Origin: Candidatus Deferrimicrobiaceae bacterium | GTDB lineage: Bacteria > Desulfobacterota > Deferrimicrobia > Deferrimicrobiales > Deferrimicrobiaceae | Reading direction: 5' to 3' | Length of the DNA stretch: 64,000 bases | Assembly (NCBI GenBank): GCA_036504035.1 | Contig: DASXVV010000009.1 | Span: 577,751 to 641,750 of the forward strand | Shown: positions 42,625 to 52,005 of the stretch, in pieces | Layout: each line of letters starts with the position of its first letter | How positions within the stretch are numbered: position 1 is the stretch's first letter | Position numbers and translations under genes: made by a program | Notes under the pieces: model-generated | The model's database searches: none | The model's input: only the letters and a program-made list of their open reading frames with translations | What the model was told of the DNA's origin: nothing

Positions 42625-44122
42625 TGGCAGCCTCCCCTTCCCGGTTCCACCACCCGCCCCCCAGCGCCTGGAACAGGGCGGCGGTGTCGGCGAAGCGCGC
42701 CGCCTGCCCCAGGACCAGCCCGATTCGCGCCTCCTGGTGCCGGCGCTGTGCCTGAAGAAGCGCGAGATGGCTCGCCCCGCCGAGTTCGAACTGCTTTCTT
42801 GTCAGGCCCAGCGAATCGCGCGCGGACGTCTCGGCCTCCGCAAGCGCCGCGAGTGCAACGGCGTCGTCCTCCAGCGCCCGAAGCACGTCCGCCACGTTCC
42901 GGAACGCCTGAAGGACGGTTTCGCGATACTGCGCCGCCGCCTGGTCGTAAACCGCGACCGCGGCACGCCGTTCCGCAGTCAGCGCACCGCCCCGGAATAT
43001 CGGTTGCAGGAGTCCCGCCCCGAGGCTCCATGCCGCCGTGCCGGGCCCGAACAGATCGCCGATGCGGGAAGCATTCGTACCAAGACTTCCCGAAAGCGTG
43101 ACCTGCGGGTAGAGATTCGCCGTGGCCACGCCGACCCGTGCGCCGGCCGCGCGCATCAACTCGTCGACGGCACGGATGTCCGGACGCTGGCGGGCCAGCG
43201 ACGACGGAAGGCTGACGGGAAGCGCCGGCGGGAGCTGCAGCCCCTCCAGCCGGAACTCGGGGACACCCGACGCCTCGGCCGGGAAGCGGCCGGCCAGCAC
43301 CGCGAGCAAGTGGCGCGTCTGTGCGAGCTCCTTTTCGAGCGGCGGAAGCGTCGTCCGGAGCTGGGCCATCTGCGCGCGCTGGGCAAGCAGGTCGGGACGG
43401 GCTGCGCCCCCCAGGGCGACCTGCCGTTCGACGGTCGAAAGGATCTGCCCCTGGAGCGCCAATATTTCCTGCGTCGCCTGGATCCGGGCGCGCAGCGACG
43501 CCTCCTGGATCGCCGTGGTAACCACATTGGCGGTGAGGGCCAGGCGGGCGCCTTCGAGCTGGAACCGCTGGTAGTCGACCTGCGCCTGGAGCGCCTCCAG
43601 CTCCCGGCGCGTCCCTCCGAAGAGGTCGAAGGTGTAAGAGACGTTCACCGAGGCGTTATAGAGGTTGAACGGGGAGGTCCGGAGGCCCGACTGCCCGAGC
43701 GTGGCGCCGGGCACCTGCTGGCGTGATACCGCAGCCCCGGCATCGACGGACGGGAGGAGTCCCCCGGCGCGCGCGACCCGGATTTCCTGCGCCTGGCGAA
43801 GCGTCGCCTGCGCGGCGGTCAGCGTCGGGCTGTCCGCCAACGCCTGCCGAACCCATCGATCGAGCGCCTCGGATCGGAAGAGTGCCCACCATTGGGCGGG
43901 AATCTCCTGCCCCGGGACGAAGCGCTGGGCCTCCCCGCCCGCGACAGGCGCGGAGGCCGTCTCCCCGGGAAGCGGCATTGCCGGATCGACATATGAGGCG
44001 ACGCCCGGAGCCATCGGGGGGCGGAACGCGGTCCCGACGGCGCAGCCGCCGATCGCGAGCGTCATGGCCGCCGCGAAGGCCACACTCCACGGGAATGCAC
44101 GCTCTGGAATCCCGATCGACAA
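42608..44122 (-). CDS. NodT/OprM-family outer-membrane efflux lipoprotein
   Basis: Lipobox TLAIGGC and two outer-membrane-efflux repeats. It overlaps the adaptor gene by 17 nt. Confidence 0.85.
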   Translation of the reverse strand: MSIGIPERAFPWSVAFAAAMTLAIGGCAVGTAFRPPMAPGVASYVDPAMPLPGETASAPVAGGEAQRFVPGQEIPAQWWALFRSEALDRWVRQALADSPTLTAAQATLRQAQEIRVARAGGLLPSVDAGAAVSRQQVPGATLGQSGLRTSPFNLYNASVNVSYTFDLFGGTRRELEALQAQVDYQRFQLEGARLALTANVVTTAIQEASLRARIQATQEILALQGQILSTVERQVALGGAARPDLLAQRAQMAQLRTTLPPLEKELAQTRHLLAVLAGRFPAEASGVPEFRLEGLQLPPALPVSLPSSLARQRPDIRAVDELMRAAGARVGVATANLYPQVTLSGSLGTNASRIGDLFGPGTAAWSLGAGLLQPIFRGGALTAERRAAVAVYDQAAAQYRETVLQAFRNVADVLRALEDDAVALAALAEAETSARDSLGLTRKQFELGGASHLALLQAQRRHQEARIGLVLGQAARFADTAALFQALGGGWWNREGEAAIAAKP

Positions 44123-44237
44123 TATTTCCCCTCACCTTGTTTTTCGCTATTAGATGCAAGCCGCAGGAAAGGCATTTCACGCTGGGCCACGATTTTCCCC
44201 CGTGCGCCCGACAACCGCTTGCGCGACAATCGAAGTC

Positions 44238-46370
44238 ATGGGCACGCGTGCGACAACCTCCGGATTCCGGCCGAGGCGCTTCCTCCCGCTGGTGGCGCTC
44301 CTGGCGCTCGCCTGCGGCTGTGCCGCCGTCCGGGAGCACCGGGTGCCGGCCCTGCCCGAAACCGGCATCGCGCGGCACCGCCTTTCCGTGACGATCGAGC
44401 CGGCGCTCGGTCGGCTGTCCGCCTCGGACACGATCGAGTTGCCCCCCGGCCCAAGGTCCGCCGTCTCGATCGCCCTCGCTCCCGGGATCCGCATCCTCGG
44501 GGTTACCGTCGCCGGAACAGCGGTTCCCCACACTTTCACGGACGGCGTCCTGCGCCTGTCGTCGCCGGCCCCGATGCCGACAAGCCCCGTGCGAATCGAC
44601 TACGAGGCGGAATTCCGCGATCCGGTCCCGGACCGTCCCGTCAACACGGAAGACCCCGGCTACGGTATCTCCGGGACCATCACCGGGGACGGGACCTTCC
44701 TCTCCCCCGAGGCCGGCTGGCATCCGGCGGTCGTCTCCGTCCCGAACGGCTACCGGATCCGCATCGATGCGCCCGAAGGGTATGAGGCGTTGACCGACGG
44801 GCGCCGGATGGCCCGGGAAGCCGCCGGCGGCCGTTCGACGTCCGAATGGGAGATCGCCCCGACAGGGTCGCGGCTGGCGCTCGCCGCCTCCCGGTACATC
44901 GTTCGGGAAAAGGGCGCGCAGGACGGGACACCCGTCTACACCTACTTCTCCCCCGAAAACGACCCCCGGTCGGAAAGGTACCTGTCCGCCGCAGCGGGTT
45001 TTCTCGCGCTTTACCGGGACCTTCTCGGGCCCTACCCGTTTCCCAAGTTCGCCATCGCCGACAATTTCTTCCCGTCGGGCTATGGCTTCCCGTCCTGGAC
45101 GCTGCTCGGGCGCGACGTCGTGCGCCTCCCCTTCATTCTCGACACGAGCCTCGGGCACGAGATCGCGCACTCCTGGTGGGGCAACGGCGTGCGGGTGAAG
45201 GAAGGGAGCGGCAACTGGTCCGAGGGGCTAACGAGTTACGTGGCGGACTATCTGTACGACGAGAGGGCCTCGCCGGAGAAGGGGCGCGAGCACCGGCTGA
45301 AGCTGCTGCGGGATTACGCGACGCTCGTGCCGCCGGACAAGGACTTCCCGCTGGCCCGGTTCTCGTCCCGCACCGATGCCCCGAGCCGCGCAGTCGGCTA
45401 CGGGAAAGGGGCGATGGTGTTCCACATGGCGCGCGTCCGGGCGGGCGAGCGGGCGTTCTGGGCCGCCTTACGCCGGGTCGTCCGTGAAAAGATGTTCCGG
45501 GAGGCGTCGTGGGCCGATTTCGCCACGGCGCTCGAAAAGGAAAGCGGAAAGTCGTTCGGCCCATTTTTCGCGCAATGGGTCGACCGCCCGGGCGCGCCGG
45601 TGCTTTCTCTCGAAGGGACGACCGTGCGGCGGGAAGGAAGTGGATGGAACCTGTCGGGCCGCGTGGTCCAGGCCGGGCCCGCCTTTGCGCTGGACGTCCC
45701 CATGCGTATCGACTTGGCGGACGGGACGGCCGCCGACTTCACGATCGCGCTGCAGGGCGCCTCGAGCGCGTTCTCGGTGCGCGTCGCCGCACCGCCGCGC
45801 AGTCTCCTGCTGGATCCCGACGTCACCCTCTTCCGCCGCCTGTCCCCGGAGGAGATCCCGCCCGCGGTCAACCACATTCATGGGTCGACTTCGCTCCTCG
45901 CCATCCTAGCCGAGGGCGGATCGCCGGAACTGCGCGCCGCCGGGTCGGTGCTCCTCGCATCGATGGGCCAGGAGAAGGCACCGATCCTCGACGAGGCGCA
46001 GGCGACACCGGACCGTCTCGCCGGGCACGACCTCCTGCTCCTCGGCCTGCCGTCCCGGGCGGGGCTCCTTCCGCGCCTCCCCCCGGCGTTGTCGGTCTCG
46101 ACGAACGGCTTCACGCTGGACGGCACCCGGCACACGGGCCCGGGGGAGACGCTGTTTGCCGCGCTCCCGCATCCCTCCGATCGGGACCGCCGCTGCGCCC
46201 TCTTCCTGCCGCTCCCCGGCGCGATCCCGGCGACCGAGGCGGCGCGCAAGATCGTCCACTACGGGAAATACGGCTACCTGGTCTTCTCCGGCGGAACGAA
46301 CCGCGTCAAGGGATTCTGGCCCCCGGGCCCCTCCTCCGCGGTCGTCGAATTCGCGGCGGTTGCGCCCTGA
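44238..46370 (+). CDS. M1-family (gluzincin) metallopeptidase lipoprotein, aminopeptidase N-like
   Basis: Lipobox LLALACGC; zinc-binding HEIAHSWWGN with a downstream NWSEGLTSY (HExxH-x18-E). Confidence 0.75.
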   Translation: MGTRATTSGFRPRRFLPLVALLALACGCAAVREHRVPALPETGIARHRLSVTIEPALGRLSASDTIELPPGPRSAVSIALAPGIRILGVTVAGTAVPHTFTDGVLRLSSPAPMPTSPVRIDYEAEFRDPVPDRPVNTEDPGYGISGTITGDGTFLSPEAGWHPAVVSVPNGYRIRIDAPEGYEALTDGRRMAREAAGGRSTSEWEIAPTGSRLALAASRYIVREKGAQDGTPVYTYFSPENDPRSERYLSAAAGFLALYRDLLGPYPFPKFAIADNFFPSGYGFPSWTLLGRDVVRLPFILDTSLGHEIAHSWWGNGVRVKEGSGNWSEGLTSYVADYLYDERASPEKGREHRLKLLRDYATLVPPDKDFPLARFSSRTDAPSRAVGYGKGAMVFHMARVRAGERAFWAALRRVVREKMFREASWADFATALEKESGKSFGPFFAQWVDRPGAPVLSLEGTTVRREGSGWNLSGRVVQAGPAFALDVPMRIDLADGTAADFTIALQGASSAFSVRVAAPPRSLLLDPDVTLFRRLSPEEIPPAVNHIHGSTSLLAILAEGGSPELRAAGSVLLASMGQEKAPILDEAQATPDRLAGHDLLLLGLPSRAGLLPRLPPALSVSTNGFTLDGTRHTGPGETLFAALPHPSDRDRRCALFLPLPGAIPATEAARKIVHYGKYGYLVFSGGTNRVKGFWPPGPSSAVVEFAAVAP

Positions 46371-46460
46371 AAGCCCTCCTGAAAGCCCCCCTCTCGACAA
46401 TCCTCCCGCAATTGTATTAATATAACTGCATTTTAGAGAAACCCGCGAAGGGAGGGAGGC

Positions 46461-46757
46461 ATGGTACATCCGCATGGGGGGAGCGACTGCTTCTTCCCCA
46501 AAAGCTCTTTCAAGAAGGCGTACAGGCTGGTGGGCAAGGACGGCTTCAGGTACCTCGGCGAGGGCAACGAGGAGATCAGCGTCTACCAGGGGCAGGCGCG
46601 GGACGGCGTCACGCCGACGATCGTCTTCCGGGGAGCCGACGTTCGGCACGGCAGCGTGTGTGAGCAGTGCTGGGGCTACCGACTCGACTGCAACCGGGTG
46701 GGCATCGGGAAGTTCGCGGAGCCCTTCGACGAAGCGCTGACGAAATACCCGGGCTGA
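46461..46757 (+). CDS. Small Cys-containing protein (98 aa) immediately upstream of the B12-binding radical SAM gene; function unknown
   Basis: GGGAGG ribosome-binding site 6 nt upstream; an AT-rich promoter-like patch at 46410-46440; Cys at positions 10, 67, 70 and 77 (CEQCWGYRLDC); 89-nt gap to the next gene. Confidence 0.45.
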   Translation: MVHPHGGSDCFFPKSSFKKAYRLVGKDGFRYLGEGNEEISVYQGQARDGVTPTIVFRGADVRHGSVCEQCWGYRLDCNRVGIGKFAEPFDEALTKYPG

Positions 46758-46846
46758 GGTCCTCGACCGCGACAGGATCGACGCCCTCGCCATGCCGGAG
46801 GTTCAACCCTTAACCGACGGTCCGCAAGACGCCCGAAGGTCAGCGC

Positions 46847-48325
46847 ATGAAAGTCCTCCTGCTCTATCCCGAATTTCCCGACACGTTCTGGAGTTTCCGC
46901 CACGCCCTGCCTTTCCAGGGGAAACGGTCCGCCTTCCCGCCCCTCGGGCTGCTCACGGTTTCCGCGATGCTGCCCCCGCACTGGGAGCGGAAGTTGGTCG
47001 ACCTCAATGTGGAGAAGTTGGGCGACGCGGCGCTTGCCTGGGCCGACGTCGTTTTCCTGAGCGCCATGATGGTGCAGGCGCCATCCCTGGAGAAGGCGCT
47101 CGCCCGATGCCGTGCCGCGGGCAAGCCGACGGTCGTCGGGGGGCCCATTACGAGCGACGCGCATCCCGCGTTTGCGGCGGCGGACACGATCGTTCGCGGC
47201 GAAGCCGAAGGATTGATCGACGGGCTCGCCCTCGATCTGGAGGCGGGAACGCCCAAGACCCGTTACGAAGCCGTCGGGCGGACGGACATGACGACGGTTC
47301 CCCCGCCCGAGCTTCACCTTACGCGGAAACGCCGATACAGCGCTATGGCGCTCCAGTATTCCCGCGGATGCCCCTTCTCGTGCGAGTTCTGCGACATCAT
47401 CGAGCTTTTCGGGCGGACGATGCGCACCAAGACGCCGGAGCAGGTCATCGAAGAGCTCGACCGCCTCTACGCCATGGGCTGGCGCGGGTCGCTGTTCGTG
47501 GTCGACGACAACTTCGTCGGCAACAAGGCGTCGATCAAGGCGATGCTGCCGCGCTTGATCGACTGGATGAAACGCCGCCGGTTCCCCTTCTCCTTCTATA
47601 CCCAGGCGTCGATCAACCTCGCCGAGGACGACGATCTGCTCTCGCTCATGCGGGCCGCAGGCTTCAACAAGGTTTTCCTGGGGATCGAAACGCCCGATGC
47701 GTCAAGCCACCGCGCGGCCGGCAAGAACCAGAACGCCAACGTCGACCTTCTGGCGAGCGTGCGCCGGATCCAGGAGCACGGGATCGAGGTCATGGCCGGC
47801 TTCATCCTCGGATTCGACCAGGACACCCCCGACATCTTCGAGCGCCAGGTCGACTTCATCCGGGAAGCGGCGATTCCGATTTCGATGGTCGGGCTGCTGA
47901 CGGCGCTCCCCAACACGCGGTTGTGGCGGCGGCTCAAGGAAGAGGGACGGCTCATCAAGCGGAGTTTCGGCGACAACACGGCGGCGTCGCTGAACTTCAT
48001 CCCCCGGATGGACCCGGAGAAGCTCCTGTCCGGCTACCGCGACGTGATGTCGAAACTTTACAGCCCGAAGGAATATTTCGAGCGGGCGCGCCTTCTGATC
48101 TCCCGCATGGGACCGGCGGCGAAACGCAAGTTAGGGCCGTCGGACTACCTTGCCCTGTGCCGCTCCTTCATCCGGCAGGGAATCGTCGCGCCTTACCGTG
48201 TCGCGTATTGGCGCTTCCTGGGAGGCACCGTGCTGCACGCCCGGCAGCACGTGGGACTCGCCGTCACGCTCGCCATCATGGGGCATCACTTTTTCGTTTT
48301 GACGCACCGGATGCCGGAACGGTAG
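46847..48325 (+). CDS. B12-binding-domain radical SAM protein with a C-terminal DUF4070 domain (class B radical SAM)
   Basis: N-terminal cobalamin-binding fold (VVFLSAMM...), a CPFSCEFC cluster and a DUF4070-like C-terminus. Confidence 0.85.
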   Translation: MKVLLLYPEFPDTFWSFRHALPFQGKRSAFPPLGLLTVSAMLPPHWERKLVDLNVEKLGDAALAWADVVFLSAMMVQAPSLEKALARCRAAGKPTVVGGPITSDAHPAFAAADTIVRGEAEGLIDGLALDLEAGTPKTRYEAVGRTDMTTVPPPELHLTRKRRYSAMALQYSRGCPFSCEFCDIIELFGRTMRTKTPEQVIEELDRLYAMGWRGSLFVVDDNFVGNKASIKAMLPRLIDWMKRRRFPFSFYTQASINLAEDDDLLSLMRAAGFNKVFLGIETPDASSHRAAGKNQNANVDLLASVRRIQEHGIEVMAGFILGFDQDTPDIFERQVDFIREAAIPISMVGLLTALPNTRLWRRLKEEGRLIKRSFGDNTAASLNFIPRMDPEKLLSGYRDVMSKLYSPKEYFERARLLISRMGPAAKRKLGPSDYLALCRSFIRQGIVAPYRVAYWRFLGGTVLHARQHVGLAVTLAIMGHHFFVLTHRMPER

Positions 48326-48362
48326 ACCGAAAAAGGAGGTTCGATCAGCAGAGGGTGTTTGC

Positions 48363-48866
48363 TCAGGCGGTTTCGTCCAGGCCGCTTGCGGAGCTCCTGG
48401 CCTTGATCAGGGCGCTGTAGTAAGTCGCCTTGGCGTTCCCGCTGACGGCGGCGGACAGCAGGTCGGACATCCCGCCACCGACTGAACCGGAACCGGAACT
48501 TCCCGGCAGGGTCGACACTTCCGATTCCTGCACCTGTGCCGCGGCTCCTCCCAGCAAGGTCGACACTTCGGATGCCTGGAGTTTTGCCGCGGCCGCCTGA
48601 TATTCGGCGGCGGAATTTGTCCCCGTTTGCGCGGATGCAACGGGGGTTCCGATGGACTGGGGGGGGCCGGGAGATCCGGCTAGCGTCAGGCGATCGATGG
48701 CCTTGTTAATGAGGGAATCGCTCTGGATCAGATCCCCGGAAGACGATGGGCTTGCGGAGCTGTCGATCGTCAGCGACAGGGCGCCCCCGGCGCCGGACGA
48801 CACGCTCAACTTGGGCATGGTCCAGGAGGACGATACGGAGGATAAAGCCTGGGTCAACGCGTCCAC
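48363..48866 (-). CDS. Ser/Ala-rich low-complexity protein with an internal direct repeat; no signal peptide; function unknown
   Basis: KLQASEVSTLLGGAAAQVQESEVSTLPG is an internal repeat, mirrored by an imperfect tandem DNA repeat of about 42 bp at 48490-48590. Confidence 0.4.
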   Translation of the reverse strand: MDALTQALSSVSSSWTMPKLSVSSGAGGALSLTIDSSASPSSSGDLIQSDSLINKAIDRLTLAGSPGPPQSIGTPVASAQTGTNSAAEYQAAAAKLQASEVSTLLGGAAAQVQESEVSTLPGSSGSGSVGGGMSDLLSAAVSGNAKATYYSALIKARSSASGLDETA

Positions 48867-48948
48867 TTGTTTCTCCCTTCCCGCTCTCTTCCTGTAACTC
48901 TTATCGGCAACTCGAACGGAAACGATCAGTCCTGTTTATCCGGTTCGT

Positions 48949-50349
48949 TCACCTGAAATCGGCCGCCGCCTTGCCAATATTGGCGACGACCCCGGGCCCG
49001 GGGTTGTTGAGGTTCACCGTGAGGTCCGGGGTAAAGCGGCTCTGGTACGTGGCCTCGTCGATCAGGACGTTGAGGATGGGCGACGCCGAACCCTTGACGA
49101 CCTGGTTGTAGGGATCGTCCCCATGGTCGAGGTACAGCCGCTCGGTGAGGAAGCAGGCGAGCTCGTGCCCCCCGACCCAGACCGGCTGCACCGGGATGTT
49201 GAGCGCCCGGAGCGTGGCCGCGAGGAAACCGACGCTCCCGTGGCAGCCCATCGTCCAGTGCTGCGCGCCTTCGAGCGGGTTGCCGGCGTCGACGGTTCCC
49301 CCGACGATCCTTGAGAGGGGCGGATAACCGCGGTATCCCCACACGTTGTCGCAGATGCCGAAGGTTTCCGCGCCGTAGAAGTGGGCCATGTTGTGCCGCA
49401 TCCAGTCGAGCACCCCGCCGATGCTCGCGAGCCGCGTGCTCCCGATGATCCCGGCCCCCGACATCCAGCCGTACGTCCACATCGGATGGGCGAAGGTCGT
49501 CTTGGGCCGGTTGTCGGCCCGGAACGTCGGCAGGTTGGCCCCGCCATAGGTTCCCAGGCTGAAGGAAACCGGCGAATATGGCAGCTTCCAGCCCATCGTG
49601 CCGCTGTCGAGCAGGTAGCGCAACGATTCCGCGGAATAAGTCGTGAGGCTCCAGGGGACCGCGTGCGTGGTCTCCAGCGCCAGCGAAAAAGCCACATGCG
49701 ACAGGTAGAGGTTCCACATATCGGCGGGACTGACCCACTGCATGACCGCCCCCGAATCGCCCTGGGGAGAATAATAATTCGTCGGCGCGTCCGAGACGCC
49801 GGAGCGCGGCATGCTCACGGCCGTGGAAGCGCCGTTCAGCAGCCAGGCCGCCGCGTCGAGGTAGGCCGCGGCCAGCGCGTCCTTCTGGACCTGGGACCAG
49901 TCGGCCCAGGCGATCATGTCGGCCGCGCCGGGCGGGGTGTAGGCGTTGCCGCCCGCCGGGGACCGGAACTGCCACCGGATGGCCGCCGCCACGTTGTCGT
50001 GTGCCAGGAGCCAACTTTCGAGGTCGGGGATCGCACTCAGGAAATCGGCCGTGATCGTGAGGTCGGCGGTGACGTTGTCAACCGTCAAGGGGTTGGCCAA
50101 GTTCGCCGCGATGCCGGCGCCGCTCCAGTCGGCGAACGCGTAGGTGTTGTCCGGCAGCGCCGAGACAGGGGTGCACGATCCTCCGTAAGGCACCGTCTGG
50201 ACAAGCGTGCCGGAGAGTGCGCCGTGCGGGCCGGCCTGGAAAGTGACGGTAAAGGTCGGCGGGGGCGCCGGGGCGATGGCGCCGCCGCCTCCGCAGGCGA
50301 ACGGGAGCGAGACGAAGAACAGGCCCAGCAGGATAAACGAACGGCGCAC
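48949..50349 (-). CDS. Lipoprotein with an N-terminal divergent InlB B-repeat (Listeria-Bacteroides repeat) domain and a large uncharacterised C-domain
   Basis: Lipobox LPFACGGGG; TFTVTFQAGPHGALSGT...YAFADWSG fits the InlB B-repeat consensus. Confidence 0.65.
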   Translation of the reverse strand: MRRSFILLGLFFVSLPFACGGGGAIAPAPPPTFTVTFQAGPHGALSGTLVQTVPYGGSCTPVSALPDNTYAFADWSGAGIAANLANPLTVDNVTADLTITADFLSAIPDLESWLLAHDNVAAAIRWQFRSPAGGNAYTPPGAADMIAWADWSQVQKDALAAAYLDAAAWLLNGASTAVSMPRSGVSDAPTNYYSPQGDSGAVMQWVSPADMWNLYLSHVAFSLALETTHAVPWSLTTYSAESLRYLLDSGTMGWKLPYSPVSFSLGTYGGANLPTFRADNRPKTTFAHPMWTYGWMSGAGIIGSTRLASIGGVLDWMRHNMAHFYGAETFGICDNVWGYRGYPPLSRIVGGTVDAGNPLEGAQHWTMGCHGSVGFLAATLRALNIPVQPVWVGGHELACFLTERLYLDHGDDPYNQVVKGSASPILNVLIDEATYQSRFTPDLTVNLNNPGPGVVANIGKAAADFR

Positions 50350-50506
50350 GGCAACCTCCGGGATTCGGACTCCCCCTACTTATCGGCAAAAACCGTGCTT
50401 CAATTTACCCCGATCGCGACAGACGACTTGTGCCCCCGCAGAACTTCCAAAAGCGCGAGTGAGTTAAACTTGGATATCATCTTTCCCGGGAGGGACAATA
50501 AACACG

Positions 50507-51349
50507 ATGACGCTCTTGGCACCTCTGGAATGCCTCTTCGACACGGACCACGGCAACGACCTCCCGCTGCCCCCAGAGCTTTCGGCTCTCTATGGCCCTT
50601 TGAACTTCCCCGTTAGGGAAGGACGGCCATACGTCATCGGAAACTTCGTCACCACGCTCGACGGCGTCGCGTCGCTTTCCGTCCCGGGGCAAACCGGAGG
50701 GGGCGTCATCAGCGGCGCAAACCCCCACGACCGGATGGTCATGGGCCTGTTGCGGTCGATCGCCGATGCGGTGATCGTGGGCGCCGGCACGCTTCGTTCC
50801 GTGCCGAACCACCTCTGGACCGCGGAGTCCATCTGCCCGAGCCTTTCCGGCGCGTACCGTGAGCTTCGGGCCGCATTGGGAAAAAGCGAGCCGCCGTTGA
50901 ACGTCATCGTCACGGCGCGGGGTGACATCGACCCGGGACTTCCCGTGTTCCGCTCCGGCTCGGTCCCGGTCCTGGTCATTTCAACCCCGGAAGGCGTCCG
51001 CCGGATCCGCAAGCAAGATCTCCCCGCGGCCGTCGGCATCTCGGAAGCGAAGAGCGAGGGTGCGATCGGGGCCGGGGCCATCCTGGCCGCCGTCGCGCGG
51101 GTCCGCCCGGGAAACTTGTTTCTCGTGGAAGGCGGGCCGCGGCTCATGGGGGATTTCTTCGAAGAAAAATGCCTGGACGAGCTTTTCCTGACGATCGCCC
51201 CGCAGGTTGCCGGGCGGGATGGTTCCGCCGAGCGCCCGGGATTTGTCGCCGGGAGACGATTCGCCCCGGAGCATCCGATCTGGGGAACGCTCGCGGGCGT
51301 GAAGCGTGCCGGCAGCCACCTGTTCTTGAGGTATGCGTTTACTGCATAG
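50507..51349 (+). CDS. RibD C-terminal-domain / dihydrofolate-reductase-like family protein
   Basis: YVIGNFVTTLDGVAS...VIVGAGTL...GGPRLMGDFFEEKCLDELFLTIAP follows the RibD_C pattern. Confidence 0.7.
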   Translation: MTLLAPLECLFDTDHGNDLPLPPELSALYGPLNFPVREGRPYVIGNFVTTLDGVASLSVPGQTGGGVISGANPHDRMVMGLLRSIADAVIVGAGTLRSVPNHLWTAESICPSLSGAYRELRAALGKSEPPLNVIVTARGDIDPGLPVFRSGSVPVLVISTPEGVRRIRKQDLPAAVGISEAKSEGAIGAGAILAAVARVRPGNLFLVEGGPRLMGDFFEEKCLDELFLTIAPQVAGRDGSAERPGFVAGRRFAPEHPIWGTLAGVKRAGSHLFLRYAFTA

Positions 51350-51369
51350 AAGTGCCGGAAGCGGTGTTT

Positions 51370-51939
51370 TCAGTGGGGCTGGGAAGGTTTCATCGAAGAG
51401 ATGATCTCCCGGGCCAGCTCCCTTTCCATAACGCCCCGAGACGTACAGGAATGACGTTGATCGGCTTCCATCGGGCGATCGTCCGGTGACCCATCGATTT
51501 TCGAAACGACTTGAATCACGGTCCCGCCATCGCATCTGATCACGATCACTTGGGAGACGTATTTGATGGCCCGCTTGTCCTGGATGTAGGGAGACGCCCT
51601 GAATTCCGGGCAATCCGCATCCGAATCGCTCAGGAGCATGACTTTCTTGTCCGTGACGATGGTGCCGGAATTCCTGTCGGCACGCTTGATGGGATATCCC
51701 TTGAAATACAAATTATTCAATGTCCGGTCCCAGGTCGTATCGAAATCCAGGCCGGAAATGGTCCGGACACCGTTGTTTGCGGACATTGGGCCGGGTTTGG
51801 TTCCAGAGAGGTGTTCCTGGTTGGGTTCCCCGATCGGGGTATGGGCGCACCCGGAAAGAAGGAACAGGGAAATCGTGACACAAAATATCGACCTGGAAAT
51901 ATGCACGGCCAAGAGATACCTCCTTCCGACGATCATCAA
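51370..51939 (-). CDS. Lipoprotein, function unknown, in an AT-richer patch
   Basis: Lipobox LLSGC. Local GC content is clearly lower than in the surrounding genes. Confidence 0.5.
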   Translation of the reverse strand: MMIVGRRYLLAVHISRSIFCVTISLFLLSGCAHTPIGEPNQEHLSGTKPGPMSANNGVRTISGLDFDTTWDRTLNNLYFKGYPIKRADRNSGTIVTDKKVMLLSDSDADCPEFRASPYIQDKRAIKYVSQVIVIRCDGGTVIQVVSKIDGSPDDRPMEADQRHSCTSRGVMERELAREIISSMKPSQPH

Positions 51940-52005
51940 ATAGCATTACGAATCATCCCGAGCCCGAATGCAAGCATGGCGGATTCCCGATAAAGGTTTT
52001 CGAGC

